Origin: a virus
Taxonomy: Duplodnaviria; Caudoviricetes
Virus record (IMG/VR): IMGVR_UViG_3300036376_000009
Span: 1-64,000 of that record
Direction: 5' to 3' (one strand)
DNA length: 64,000 nt
Shown here: piece by piece, positions 36,935 through 46,277 of the stretch
Numbering within the stretch: the first letter of the stretch is position 1
Layout of the letters: the number at the start of each line of letters is the position of its first letter
Position numbers and translations under genes: made by a program
The notes under the pieces: generated by a model
The model's input: only the letters and a program-made list of their open reading frames with translations
Databases searched by the model: none
What the model was told of the DNA's origin: nothing

Positions 36935-37174
36935 ATGGCGAGCGCGAGCGTGAATGTGGGCGTGAGGTTGGGCGTGCTGTGGCGACTTCAGCTGCTGGTG
37001 GTGACCATCACGGTCGCAATCATGCGGGCCATCGCCGCGGTCCCCGTCGTGGGGAAACCGCTCCGTGGCCAGTGGTCCCTGCGCGTCGAGTTGAAGAAGT
37101 GCCGGCGCCGCCGGGCTGACAACATCACGTTTCGACCGGTGTTGCGGCTCATCAAGCTGCGGGGAATCTCATGA
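36935..37174 (+). CDS. Small basic/hydrophobic protein, possibly leaderless
   Basis: Directly after the promoter motif; coupled to the next gene. Confidence 0.55.
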   Translation: MASASVNVGVRLGVLWRLQLLVVTITVAIMRAIAAVPVVGKPLRGQWSLRVELKKCRRRRADNITFRPVLRLIKLRGIS

Positions 37175-37947
37175 CCTGGCCGACCACCCCCGGTTTCTCG
37201 AAGGCGAACCTTGACGCGGGCAGCGACTCGCCGGGCCTCGCACGCCCCGACATCTACTCGGCGATGGCCGACCTGGAGAGCGTCATCAACGGCCGCGGCC
37301 AGGCCAGCGGCGTCGCCTCCCTGGGCTCCGACACGCTCGTGCCCCTGGCCCAGCTGCCCGTGACGCCGATCACCACCGGCCGGATGGTCGACGGCACCGC
37401 CGGCGCGGGCAAGACCTGGAACGTCCCCGCGGGCGTCACGCGCGTGCGGGTGCGCGTGGTCGGCGCCGGCGCAGGCGGCGGCTACAGCGGCTCGGGCGAC
37501 CACGGAGGCGGCGGCGGCGCGGGCGGGTACGCGGAGAAGCACTTCACCGTCGTGCCGGGCTCAACGTTCACATACACGGTCGGCGCCAAGGGCGTCGGCA
37601 AGTCGAGCGCGGGCGACGGGGACGGGACCGACGGCGGGGCCAGCTCGGTGGTCAGTCCCGCGAGCGCGACGCCCGGCAGCACGACCGTCACCGCCGCCGG
37701 CGGGACCAAGGGGCTCGGCCCCCCGGACCGGTTCGGCGGGGCCGGCGGCAGCACCACCAACGCCGACCTGGGCGTCTCTGGCGGGGCCGGCGTCTCGGGG
37801 GCCACCCGGGGCGGGGCCGGCGGCGGCAGCGCCCTGGGCGGCGGCGTGGCGGGCGCCACGGGCTACGGGGGCGCGGGCGGGTTCGGGTCGGGGGGCGGGA
37901 CGTCCGCGTTCAACGGCCTCGACGGGGTCGTGATCTTCGAGTGGTGA
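37171..37947 (+). CDS. Glycine-rich tail fibre-like protein
   Basis: WNVPAGVTRVRVRVVGAGAGGG...GGGGGAGGY...GVVIFEW. Confidence 0.85.
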   Translation: MTWPTTPGFSKANLDAGSDSPGLARPDIYSAMADLESVINGRGQASGVASLGSDTLVPLAQLPVTPITTGRMVDGTAGAGKTWNVPAGVTRVRVRVVGAGAGGGYSGSGDHGGGGGAGGYAEKHFTVVPGSTFTYTVGAKGVGKSSAGDGDGTDGGASSVVSPASATPGSTTVTAAGGTKGLGPPDRFGGAGGSTTNADLGVSGGAGVSGATRGGAGGGSALGGGVAGATGYGGAGGFGSGGGTSAFNGLDGVVIFEW

Positions 37948-37987
37948 ATAGCCGCTGAATGAACACCGCTCGGAAGCCGGAGGCAGT

Positions 37988-38143
37988 ATGGGTTTGACTC
38001 GGATCAAGATCAGCCGCAGGGACAAGCCCGGCCAGTGGCGCCGCCACTTCAAGAGGCAGTTCAGCCGGTGGCTGCGATACCAGGCCAAGCAGCACCTGGA
38101 GGATGCACCCATTAAGCGCGTGCACCACGGCTACTCGCGGTGA
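37988..38143 (+). CDS. 51-aa basic peptide (below ORF-track cutoff)
   Basis: MGLTRIKISRRDKPGQWRRHFKRQFSRWLRYQAKQHLEDAPIKRVHHGYSR; GGAGG SD; fills the gap exactly. Confidence 0.5.
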   Translation: MGLTRIKISRRDKPGQWRRHFKRQFSRWLRYQAKQHLEDAPIKRVHHGYSR

Positions 38144-38719
38144 TCACCCGCCGCCGCCGGCCGCGGCCGTCGCCGTCCCGATCATCGGGCCCAGGCCCAG
38201 GCCGAGCGTCATTCGCCGCGGGGGCGTCGCGTCCCCGGTGGGGACGAAGTACGTGATCGTCAGGCCGGCCGAGTCCAGGTCGATCACGCTCGAGGCGCCC
38301 GGGGCGCTGGCGGTCAGGTGCACGGTGATCCCGCTGTTGACGATCCCAGGGGTGAGCACCGCGCTCCACAGGTCCTTGTCGCCCCCGTAGGTGAGCGTCC
38401 CCTCCAGGGTGTTCACCGCCGCGAGCTTCGCTGCGCCGACCACGGTCAGGCCGTTGCCGAGCTGGGCGGTCAGGTCCACGGGCCCGCCGGTGCGCTTCGC
38501 CTGGACGTCGAGCTGCACGCCCGAAATCACCGCGTCGGCGGGTACCGCGAACCCGAAGGCCTCGAGCACGAGCGTTTCGGTGCCACCGCCGGCGGCGATC
38601 GAGGACGACGCGTACGTGTCGTTCGGCGCGTTGAGCGCGTTGCCGGGGTTGGTCCAGCCCGAGCCGCTGGCGCCGTAGGTCTCAACCGCGGTGGGGTAGC
38701 GTGGTCCCGAGCTGGGCAT
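38144..38719 (-). CDS. Beta-rich virion-like protein
   Basis: WTNPGNA...FGFAVPADAVISGV...YGGDKDLW. Confidence 0.7.
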   Translation of the reverse strand: MPSSGPRYPTAVETYGASGSGWTNPGNALNAPNDTYASSSIAAGGGTETLVLEAFGFAVPADAVISGVQLDVQAKRTGGPVDLTAQLGNGLTVVGAAKLAAVNTLEGTLTYGGDKDLWSAVLTPGIVNSGITVHLTASAPGASSVIDLDSAGLTITYFVPTGDATPPRRMTLGLGLGPMIGTATAAAGGGG

Positions 38720-38722
38720 CGG

Positions 38723-39082
38723 TCAGCCTCCGGCGCTGCGCATGGCCCGCAGCGCGTCGACCTCGGTCTTGAGCAGCGAGAGCTGCATCCGGTTGTCCGC
38801 GGCCTCGGCGGCCCGCTGGGTGGCCTGGTTCTCGGTGGTCTCGCGCAGGCCTTCCACGGCATCGGCGAGGCTGTTGCTGCTGGCCTGCATGGCGATCGCA
38901 ATGACTTTCTCGGCCTCGGTCTGCAGCCGCTTGCGATTGAGCAGGTCCTTGCCCATGAGGTGGTAGAGGGCCAGGGCGCACAGCGTGAGCGCCACGATGA
39001 CCGCCAGGCCAGGCACCGTCTCGATGCACTTCTGCAGCAGCTGTGCGCCCGTCGAAATTTCGTCCGCCGCGAGTATCAGCAT
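38723..39082 (-). CDS. Holin-like single-TM plus coiled-coil protein
   Basis: TM segment GLAVIVALTLCALALYHL followed by a coiled coil. Confidence 0.55.
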   Translation of the reverse strand: MLILAADEISTGAQLLQKCIETVPGLAVIVALTLCALALYHLMGKDLLNRKRLQTEAEKVIAIAMQASSNSLADAVEGLRETTENQATQRAAEAADNRMQLSLLKTEVDALRAMRSAGG

Positions 39083-39115
39083 CCGTGGCCGCCTCCAGGT
39101 ACCGGCGGCCGGATA

Positions 39116-40513
39116 CTACCGGGGTGCGCGCCCGCGTCTGCCCCTGCGAGGTTCGCTCGCGACGGGCTTGCCCTGCTCGTCCAGCTGCACGCCGCGCTCG
39201 CCGGCAACGTCCCGCCAGGTCGAGTCCGTTCCCTCGAGCACGGCGTTCCGTCCGGTCAGCGTCTGCCAGCGCCGGACCGCGACGTCCACGAACACCGGCT
39301 GCAGCTCGATCGCGGCGACGACGCGGCCCATCTTCTCGCCGGCGACCAGCTGGGAGCCCGAGCCGCTGAATGGCTCGAAGCACAGGGCCCCGGGCTGGGT
39401 GTGCTTGCGCATCGGCCTGGCGAAGATCTCGATGGGCTTCTGCGTCGGGTGCTCGTTGCCGACCACGCGGCTCTTGCCGTCGAAGTCGATCGGCCACACG
39501 TCGGCGCCCTCGTCCACCGCCACGCGGTTCCCCTGCACGACGGCCGTGGTCCACACGGAGGACTCGGCGCGGGGCGCGACGGGCGGCATGCTCTTGCTCT
39601 TCCAACCCATCAGGCACGGCTCGTGCTGGAACTGGAACATGCACCGGCCGAGCACCGGCGTGGGCTTCACCCACACGATGACCTGGTGGGGGAAGAGCCC
39701 GGCGGCCCGCCACGCCGCCTGCAGCTCTTCGATGCGCGAGTGGGCGTGCCAGCAGTACACCGCGGCCCGGGGCGCCATCACGCGGGCGACCTGCTCGAAG
39801 ACCGCGGCGAAGAACGCTGCGGCGTCCTTGATCTCGATCTCGCGGTAGGTCGAGCTCCAGTCCTTGCCCTGGTCCTTGGGGCGGTCGCCGGTGTAGTTCA
39901 CGACGTAGGGCGGGTCCGTCGAGACCAGGGCCGGGGCCCGGCCCGCCAGGACGCGGTCGACGTCGGCGGCCTTCGTGCTGTCGCCGCACAGCAGCCGGTG
40001 CTCGCCGAGCTGCCACAGGTCGCCCGCGCGGGTCACCGCCACCGGGGCCGGCTCGGGGGTCTCATCCTCTTCGAGCTGATCGCCGGTCCGCAGTCCCAGC
40101 TGCTCGAGGTCTGCCGCGCCCAGGCCGATCGCGTCGAGGGTGTCGCCCGGGAGCTCGGCCACCAGCTGGGCGAGCGTCGACTTCTCCCACTCGCTCAGCT
40201 CGGCCAGCCGGTTGTCGGCGATCGCGTACGCGGTGCGGTCCACGCCCGAGAGCGGGCTCGCTACCGCCGCCAGGTGGGTCCAGCCCAGTGTGCGGGCGGC
40301 CAGCAGCACGCCGTTGCCCGCGACCACCACGCCGGCTGAGTCCCGCAGGACCGGCCGCTGCTGCCCGAACCGGGCGAGGCTGGCGGCGATCGCCTCGATG
40401 CTGCGGGGAGGGTGGGCCCGGGCGTTGGCCGGGTCGGGCAGGAGCTTGTCGATCGGCACGAGGTGGCGCTCGAGCTCAGGGGCGACGGTGCACACGCGGG
40501 TCCGGGCGGGCAT
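39116..40513 (-). CDS. DNA methyltransferase (N6/N4, beta class) with N-terminal ParB-like domain
   Basis: DPANAR...VAGNG; STDPPY; EHPTQKP; FEPFSGSGSQ. Confidence 0.93.
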   Translation of the reverse strand: MPARTRVCTVAPELERHLVPIDKLLPDPANARAHPPRSIEAIAASLARFGQQRPVLRDSAGVVVAGNGVLLAARTLGWTHLAAVASPLSGVDRTAYAIADNRLAELSEWEKSTLAQLVAELPGDTLDAIGLGAADLEQLGLRTGDQLEEDETPEPAPVAVTRAGDLWQLGEHRLLCGDSTKAADVDRVLAGRAPALVSTDPPYVVNYTGDRPKDQGKDWSSTYREIEIKDAAAFFAAVFEQVARVMAPRAAVYCWHAHSRIEELQAAWRAAGLFPHQVIVWVKPTPVLGRCMFQFQHEPCLMGWKSKSMPPVAPRAESSVWTTAVVQGNRVAVDEGADVWPIDFDGKSRVVGNEHPTQKPIEIFARPMRKHTQPGALCFEPFSGSGSQLVAGEKMGRVVAAIELQPVFVDVAVRRWQTLTGRNAVLEGTDSTWRDVAGERGVQLDEQGKPVASEPRRGRRGRAPR

Positions 40514-40709
40514 GGCGGTCCTCCTTGACCGTGACCTCCAGGCCGAGTTCGCGCATGATGGGCAGCAGGTATCGGAGCTTGATGGTCCGACGTCCCGACA
40601 ACCACCGGCCGATGACGTCCCTGTCAACGCCGGTCCTGGCTGCCAGCTCCACGATCGTCATCGAGCGGCGGTTGAGCTGCCGAAGCACGGTGTGCGCGAT
40701 CTCGTCCAT
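40476..40709 (-). CDS. Cro/CI-type HTH regulator
   Basis: MTIVELAARTGVDRDVIGRWLSGRR. Confidence 0.85.
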   Translation of the reverse strand: MDEIAHTVLRQLNRRSMTIVELAARTGVDRDVIGRWLSGRRTIKLRYLLPIMRELGLEVTVKEDRHARPDPRVHRRP

Positions 40710-41035
40710 GGTGGGCCGGCGTGATGCTGACCCACGATCGACCGGCAGTCACCGTCGCGTGCGCCGGGCTGGCGCATACCCGCGTCAAAAACTCACACGC
40801 GTGTCTTTATGCGGGCTTTGACGTTGAGAACGGACGCGCAGCCGGCGCAGGGACACGCGCTTGTGGGGACTTATCGATGCTGGCGGCACGGCGCCCAACC
40901 GTGCCCGGGGACACCGGGCGGACCGAACAAGATCCTGAGATGGCGGTGAGGTTGGTGTTCGAGTCGGGTGGTACCGAGGTCGAACTCGGAGTTTTCCGCT
41001 TGCGTTTGGAGCATCCAGGTGGCAGGATGGGGGGT

Positions 41036-42529
41036 ATGCCCAGCTCCCCCGCTCATCCGGGAGCAGGCTCGTTCGCCATCCCGAACCCGCAGACGGCCAA
41101 GGAGCCGGTCCTCGGGCGCATCGATGCGCAGCCGAGTCCGCTCAGTACTTCCGTCGACGCCTGGCTCGCGGCCCTGGCGGCCCGCGGCAAGAAGCCCAAC
41201 ACGATCAAGGCGTACCGAACGTTCATCGGCTCGGCCATCCGCGAGAACGGGTGGCGGACCCCGGCGGACCTGACGTACGAGGCGGTCACCGCCTGGATGG
41301 CGGGCAAGCGCGAGGCCGGCGTGTGGCAGGGGTCCACCTACAACCGCAACCTCACCGCCCTGCGCTCGCTCACCAAGTTCCTTCGCAGGACCAAGCGGGC
41401 CCGCACCGATGAGCTCGAGGACGCCGAGCGGGCCGAGGACGACGGCGGGCCCGGCTCGCGGGCGGCGAGCACCGACGAGGCCCGCGGCATGATCCGCCTG
41501 GCTTGGGCCCGGGGGCTCTCCGACCGCCGGCGGTCGAACGAGGCGGCCCTCGAGCGGCTGTGCTGTTTCAAAGCCGCGCTGCGATCGAGCGAGCCGGGCG
41601 AGTGGCGGTGGAAGCACCTGCAGCTCGACGCGCCGGTGCCGCACATTGCGTGGACCAAGGACGTGCAGAAGAACCGCCGCGCCCAGGACGTCGCGCTCGA
41701 CCCCGAGCTGGTGGAGCTGCTGCGGGCGCACCGCGACGCCCGGCGCGGGGCACCGCCCGTGATGGCGGGCGGGCGCCGCAACGGCAATCCCCAGCTGCGG
41801 CGCGTGGATTCGAACGACCCGGAGGCGTTCGTGTTCGCCAGGCGGGCCAGCCGCACGACGTGGCGCGAGGACCGGGCCCGGCTGCAAATCCCCGGCGAAG
41901 ATCACCGCGGGCGGCCCTTCAGCCCGCACTCGGCGCGCAAGTGGTTCGAGACCACGCTGCAGCTCGCCGGCGTGCCCGATCGCCTGGTCGACTGGCTCAT
42001 GCGCCACACCGGCGACGTCGGCACCCGGTACCTGGATCCGCCGCTGGACGAGCAGCGGCGCGTGCTCAGTCTGCTGCCCGCGCTCTGGCCCGAACAGGCC
42101 GGCGGCGGGACCGGCGGGGCGGTTTCGACCCAGCGCCGAAGTTATCCACAACGTGAAGATTCTCTCAGTTCGGACTTGACACCAGCTGGCGGCGTGCCGA
42201 ATCTGTCTGTCGCTCATCCGGGGCTTGCCCCCACAGACAACCCGGTTCCGGTCCCGTCGCTGCGCCACACCTCGGATGAGCCCCCACCCCTCGGTGGGAC
42301 CGATCGGTGCGCGGCGGGACCGGCTCCGGGACTTTCCCAGGGGCCTGCGGCTCCGAGCTTCGGGAAGCACGTCAGGGACGAGACCACGCGTATCCGGTCG
42401 GAAATGCCGAAACCCGGACTCGGACTTTGGAATTCTAACCCGCGAGTAGCAGCAGCGTTGGCCGGCTTCCTTGACGCGTGGGCGAGGCTCCTGAAAGCAG
42501 GAGCCGAAAGTGAACGCCAAGCGTCTTGA
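41036..42529 (+). CDS. Tyrosine recombinase/integrase with long low-complexity C-terminal extension
   Basis: Catalytic R (ALRSSE), K (QKNRR), HSAR, H (MRH) and Y (TRYL). Confidence 0.92.
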   Translation: MPSSPAHPGAGSFAIPNPQTAKEPVLGRIDAQPSPLSTSVDAWLAALAARGKKPNTIKAYRTFIGSAIRENGWRTPADLTYEAVTAWMAGKREAGVWQGSTYNRNLTALRSLTKFLRRTKRARTDELEDAERAEDDGGPGSRAASTDEARGMIRLAWARGLSDRRRSNEAALERLCCFKAALRSSEPGEWRWKHLQLDAPVPHIAWTKDVQKNRRAQDVALDPELVELLRAHRDARRGAPPVMAGGRRNGNPQLRRVDSNDPEAFVFARRASRTTWREDRARLQIPGEDHRGRPFSPHSARKWFETTLQLAGVPDRLVDWLMRHTGDVGTRYLDPPLDEQRRVLSLLPALWPEQAGGGTGGAVSTQRRSYPQREDSLSSDLTPAGGVPNLSVAHPGLAPTDNPVPVPSLRHTSDEPPPLGGTDRCAAGPAPGLSQGPAAPSFGKHVRDETTRIRSEMPKPGLGLWNSNPRVAAALAGFLDAWARLLKAGAESERQAS

Positions 42530-42848
42530 TCCTGGCAAGACCGGCCGATCCCCCAACCCCCGAAACGGCCCGCCCCCCGGCTCACACCGGCGGGGAGACG
42601 TTCGGCTCGCCGATGCCATCGCCGCCGCCGAGCTGCCGCGATGCGAGTTCTGCGACGGGGAAATGGAGCACGACCCCTACCAGCCGTCCGACCCCGAGGT
42701 CGGGGTTCGGGAGGCCCCGGCCGCGTGGACGTGCTGCCTGTGCGGCCACACCGTCACCGAGCCAACACTGTCCGAACTGAAGGACGCGGCCGACGACGCC
42801 GCGGTTGACGCGCACCGCATGGGGGTGATCGGGGGTGGCGCGTGCTGA
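42510..42848 (+). CDS. Zn-ribbon protein
   Basis: CEFC...CCLC. Confidence 0.6.
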   Translation: MNAKRLDPGKTGRSPNPRNGPPPGSHRRGDVRLADAIAAAELPRCEFCDGEMEHDPYQPSDPEVGVREAPAAWTCCLCGHTVTEPTLSELKDAADDAAVDAHRMGVIGGGAC

Positions 42849-43804
42849 CCGCTCACCAACTCGAGCAGCGCAAGGGCAAGATCACCGCCTCGCTCGTCCC
42901 CGCCATCTGCGGGCTCGACCCGTGGAAGGGGCCCGTCCAGGCGTACCTGGAAATCACCGGCCGCAAGGTCGAGGAGGCCGAGGGCGAGAACCTCGCCGCC
43001 GAGCTCGGGTCGCTGCTCGAAGAGCCGATCATCCGGCTCACCGAACGCAAGACCGGCCGCAAGATCCGCCGCCGCAACATCTGGCGAGTCCTTCAGGACG
43101 GCCCGCTCGCCGGCAAGGTCGGCGCCACGCTCGACTGCGACTACGACGTCGACACCGACTACGGCGAGATCAAGACCAACGGCGTGCTCTCGGGCTTCGG
43201 CATCAACAGCGGCTGGGGCGAGGAAGGGACCGACGAGGTCCCCGAAAAGGTCCACATCCAGATCGCCGCGCAGATGCTGGTCTGCCCCGAGAAGCAGCTC
43301 TGCATCGTGCCCGCCCTGGTCGGACGCAAGAACGGGCTGACCATCTACAAAGTGCACCGCAACAAGGACCTGGTCGAGGCGGTCGGTGACCGCATCGCCC
43401 GGTTCTGGCGCGACCACATCGAGCCGGACGTGATGCCGCCGCTCGAACAGCCCGCCGACGCCGAGTACATCACGGAGCTGACCAGGTCGCTGCCGGTCAG
43501 GACTGAGCCGGTGGCGATCGACCCGGCCCTGTGCATGGAGTACGACAACTTCCGCGCGATGGAGAAGGCCGGCGAGGAAGGCAAGAAGATCGCCGCGGCC
43601 AAGATCAAGCTCGCCCTCAACGGCGCCGAGATCGGCACGGCGAGCGGGTTCAAGGTCAGCTGCAAGCGCCCCAAGGACAGCCTGGTGTTCGACCGTGAGA
43701 CGTTCGAGGCCGAGCAGCCCGAACTTTTCTCCCGGTACACGGTCGCACGCCCCAACTCCCCCCGTCTGCTCGTGACGGCGGAGAAGAAGGCGGTGACCAC
43801 GTGA
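42842..43804 (+). CDS. YqaJ-like viral recombinase exonuclease
   Basis: RKGKITAS...GSLLEE...ATLDC...EIKT...QIAAQM. Confidence 0.92.
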   Translation: MLTAHQLEQRKGKITASLVPAICGLDPWKGPVQAYLEITGRKVEEAEGENLAAELGSLLEEPIIRLTERKTGRKIRRRNIWRVLQDGPLAGKVGATLDCDYDVDTDYGEIKTNGVLSGFGINSGWGEEGTDEVPEKVHIQIAAQMLVCPEKQLCIVPALVGRKNGLTIYKVHRNKDLVEAVGDRIARFWRDHIEPDVMPPLEQPADAEYITELTRSLPVRTEPVAIDPALCMEYDNFRAMEKAGEEGKKIAAAKIKLALNGAEIGTASGFKVSCKRPKDSLVFDRETFEAEQPELFSRYTVARPNSPRLLVTAEKKAVTT

Positions 43805-44835
43805 GCCAGATCAACCCCCACAACGTCAGGCGTTCCGCCACCGGCGACACCAGCGGCGCCACCAAGCCCGCCAAGCCCATCGAGACGTTCAAGCAGACGC
43901 TGGCGCTCATGGAGAAGCGGATCGCGGGCGTGCTCCCCAAGCACATCACCCCCGACCGCATCCTCAAGGCCGCGATGGTGGCGGCGTACAAGAACAACAA
44001 GCTCTACCAGTGCACCCAGCTCAGCATGATGAACGCCATCATGACCGCGGCTCAGCTCGGGCTCGACCCGGGCGGGGCGCTGGGCAGCGCCTACCTGGTC
44101 CCCTACGACCGCAAGCGCAAGGACGCCAACGGCACATGGGTCTACTCCCACACCGAGTGCCAGCTCATCATCGGCTACCAAGGCATGATCGACCTCGCCC
44201 GCCGCTCGGGCGAGATCGAGAGCATCGCCGCCATCCCGGTGTTCGATGGCGACCAGTTCGACATGGAGCTGGGCACCGAAGCGAAGATCAGCCACAAGCC
44301 CAACGTCAAGGCTGTTCGGACCGTTGACACGCTGGTGCTGGTCTACGTGGTGGCGAAGTTCCGGGGGCCAGACGGCGCGCCCGCCGGCTTCCACGTCGAG
44401 TGGATGAGCAAGGCCGAGATCGACGCCATCCGCCGGCGGAGCAAGGCCGCCGACGACGGGCCGTGGGTCACCGATCCGATCGAGATGGCCCGCAAGACGT
44501 GTGTGCGGCGGGCGTTCAAGTACCTTCCCAAGTCGATCGAGCTGCTCGCGAAGCTCGCCGAAATCGAGGCCGAGGGCACCGACGCCGGGGCGCTGGCCGA
44601 CATCTTCGACACCACGGCGACGCCGATCGAGCCCGAGCCCGCGGCCGACGCGGCGCCCGCGCAGACCGAGACGGCTCAGCTGCCGGAACCCGCCAACGTG
44701 AACCCGCTGCCCGGCGTGTTCAAGGACGCCCAGGAGGGCCGCACCGAGGCCGCGATGCAGCAGCAGGCGAGGCCGTCGCGGGCGGCCGCCACCGCCGCCA
44801 AGCTCAACGGCAACCACGGCGGACCGCCCGCCTGA
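43801..44835 (+). CDS. recT: RecT family single-strand annealing protein
   Basis: AAQLGLDP...AYLVPY...IIGYQGMIDLARRSG...MARKT. Confidence 0.95.
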   Translation: MSQINPHNVRRSATGDTSGATKPAKPIETFKQTLALMEKRIAGVLPKHITPDRILKAAMVAAYKNNKLYQCTQLSMMNAIMTAAQLGLDPGGALGSAYLVPYDRKRKDANGTWVYSHTECQLIIGYQGMIDLARRSGEIESIAAIPVFDGDQFDMELGTEAKISHKPNVKAVRTVDTLVLVYVVAKFRGPDGAPAGFHVEWMSKAEIDAIRRRSKAADDGPWVTDPIEMARKTCVRRAFKYLPKSIELLAKLAEIEAEGTDAGALADIFDTTATPIEPEPAADAAPAQTETAQLPEPANVNPLPGVFKDAQEGRTEAAMQQQARPSRAAATAAKLNGNHGGPPA

Positions 44836-44910
44836 TCCGTGCTTCTTCTTCCTCCCGGTGCGCGGGGGTTCGTGCCCCCGCCGCCGGATTCTGAGCCCAG
44901 GAGTCTGCCC

Positions 44911-45297
44911 ATGCCCCAGAAAGAACTGAGCGTCGCCACGATCAACGAGATGGAGGACGGCCGGATCGCCGCCGAGTTCAACCGCGAACTGTCAGCGCTC
45001 GCCAAGGACTGCTACTCCCGGCCCGGCGACAAGCGCCCGCGACAGGTGACGCTGAAGGTCACCATCAAGCCCATCATGGACCGCGACGGCCGCTGTGACA
45101 GCGTCAAGCTGACCGCGGACGTGAGCTCGAAGATGCCCGACCTGCGCAGCCCCGAATACGTCGGCATGCTCAAGCCGTCGGGCGTCATCCAGATCCAGAC
45201 GACCAAGGGCCTGCACGCCGAGCCCAACCAGCTGTCGCTTGAAGACGAGGCGGCCCGGCGCAAAGGCGACCCGCCGAACAGCGGCCCGGCCCGGTAA
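44911..45297 (+). CDS. Conserved phage protein (YfdP-like partner)
   Basis: Pattern RQVTLKVTIKP...VSSKMP, paired with the next gene; family recalled, not searched. Confidence 0.6.
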   Translation: MPQKELSVATINEMEDGRIAAEFNRELSALAKDCYSRPGDKRPRQVTLKVTIKPIMDRDGRCDSVKLTADVSSKMPDLRSPEYVGMLKPSGVIQIQTTKGLHAEPNQLSLEDEAARRKGDPPNSGPAR

Positions 45298-45350
45298 CAC
45301 GGTCGCCACGCCAACCGCACGCCACCAGCCACCTCACACAGGAGATCCCC

Positions 45351-46163
45351 GTGGACCTGAACGCTGCCCTCAACACGCTCATCAAGATTGGCCAGGACGG
45401 GAAGCAGAGGCTTCCCGAAGTCACGACCCAGCCGTATCTGCCTTCGGACACGCTGCTGGTTCGCCGCAACGACGAGGCGCCGTCGCTGCTCGTCATCAAG
45501 AAGCCGCGGCTGTACACCTCATCGACCATTCAGGGGTTCTGCGAGGCCCTCAACTACCTCCGCAAGCAGGTCAAGCCCGATGCGGGCCCGGTGTTCGTCA
45601 CCGTCGGCTCCACCGGCATCGTCGCAATCCTGGGCGAGGAAGATCGCCGCGACGTGCTCCAGATGCCGCTGACCTACTCGGCGGCGTACGACCTGCTCAA
45701 CGAGCCCAAGGACATGACCCAGGACGAGACCGTCGCCGCGGTCCGCGAGCTGTTCAACCAGAACATCAGCCCCAATATCCTGGGCCAGCTCCGCACCATC
45801 CGCTTCAACTTGAGCAACGGCGGCGAGGGCAACATCGAGACCAGCCGCACGTCGTTCCGGGCCGAGACGGTCATGGAAATCAGCGGCCTGGGCTCCGACT
45901 TCCCCGACCAGGTCCTTGTCAGCCTTGTGTGCTTCAACGAGCTGTACTTCGGCCCGGTGAACGCCACCGGCGTGCAGGCCACGCTGCGCATCAACATCCC
46001 CAAGGCCCGGTTCAGGTTTGTGCCGCTCGCTGGTGAGCTCGAATCGGCCGAGGCGGTCCAGCTCAACGCGGCCGCCACCTACATCCGCCAGCAGTGCGGC
46101 GAAGCGGTCTTCGTCGCCACCAACACCATCGCCGGTGAGTACGAGTACGCCGCTTCGGAGTGA
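45351..46163 (+). CDS. Conserved phage protein (YfdQ/DUF2303-like)
   Basis: Size, position and pairing; family recalled, not searched. Confidence 0.55.
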   Translation: MDLNAALNTLIKIGQDGKQRLPEVTTQPYLPSDTLLVRRNDEAPSLLVIKKPRLYTSSTIQGFCEALNYLRKQVKPDAGPVFVTVGSTGIVAILGEEDRRDVLQMPLTYSAAYDLLNEPKDMTQDETVAAVRELFNQNISPNILGQLRTIRFNLSNGGEGNIETSRTSFRAETVMEISGLGSDFPDQVLVSLVCFNELYFGPVNATGVQATLRINIPKARFRFVPLAGELESAEAVQLNAAATYIRQQCGEAVFVATNTIAGEYEYAASE

Positions 46164-46179
46164 GACACCTCCATTCGTG

Positions 46180-46212
46180 CCGCCCGCCGGGTCGCGATTG
46201 CCCGGCGGGCGG
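46180..46212 (+). terminator. 12-bp perfect hairpin after a stop codon
   Basis: CCGCCCGCCGGG-N9-CCCGGCGGGCGG followed by ATT. Confidence 0.5.
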
Positions 46213-46277
46213 ATTCCCGCGGGGCGGCGCTGTTGCCGCCCTCCCGGCCCGACTGCCCGCCCGGCGGTCGGCCCTTT

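Larger units (their letters stand above)
1..40709. mobile_element. Phage/prophage A (HK97-like head, long non-contractile tail), left end outside window
   Basis: Contiguous early genes, HNH-TerS-TerL-portal-protease-MCP-neck-tail-TMP-tip order. The right boundary is uncertain (38.1-41.0 kb). Confidence 0.85.

Noticed and set aside
39134-39147. Minus-strand GCAGGGGCAGACG as a fourth copy of the RNA motif
   Set aside because: It lies in the methylase coding end and lacks P1, P4 and the ACGG loop strand.
40950-40975. GTTCGAGTC as a tRNA T-arm or att site
   Set aside because: The flanks do not form the 5-bp T-stem and there is no cloverleaf.
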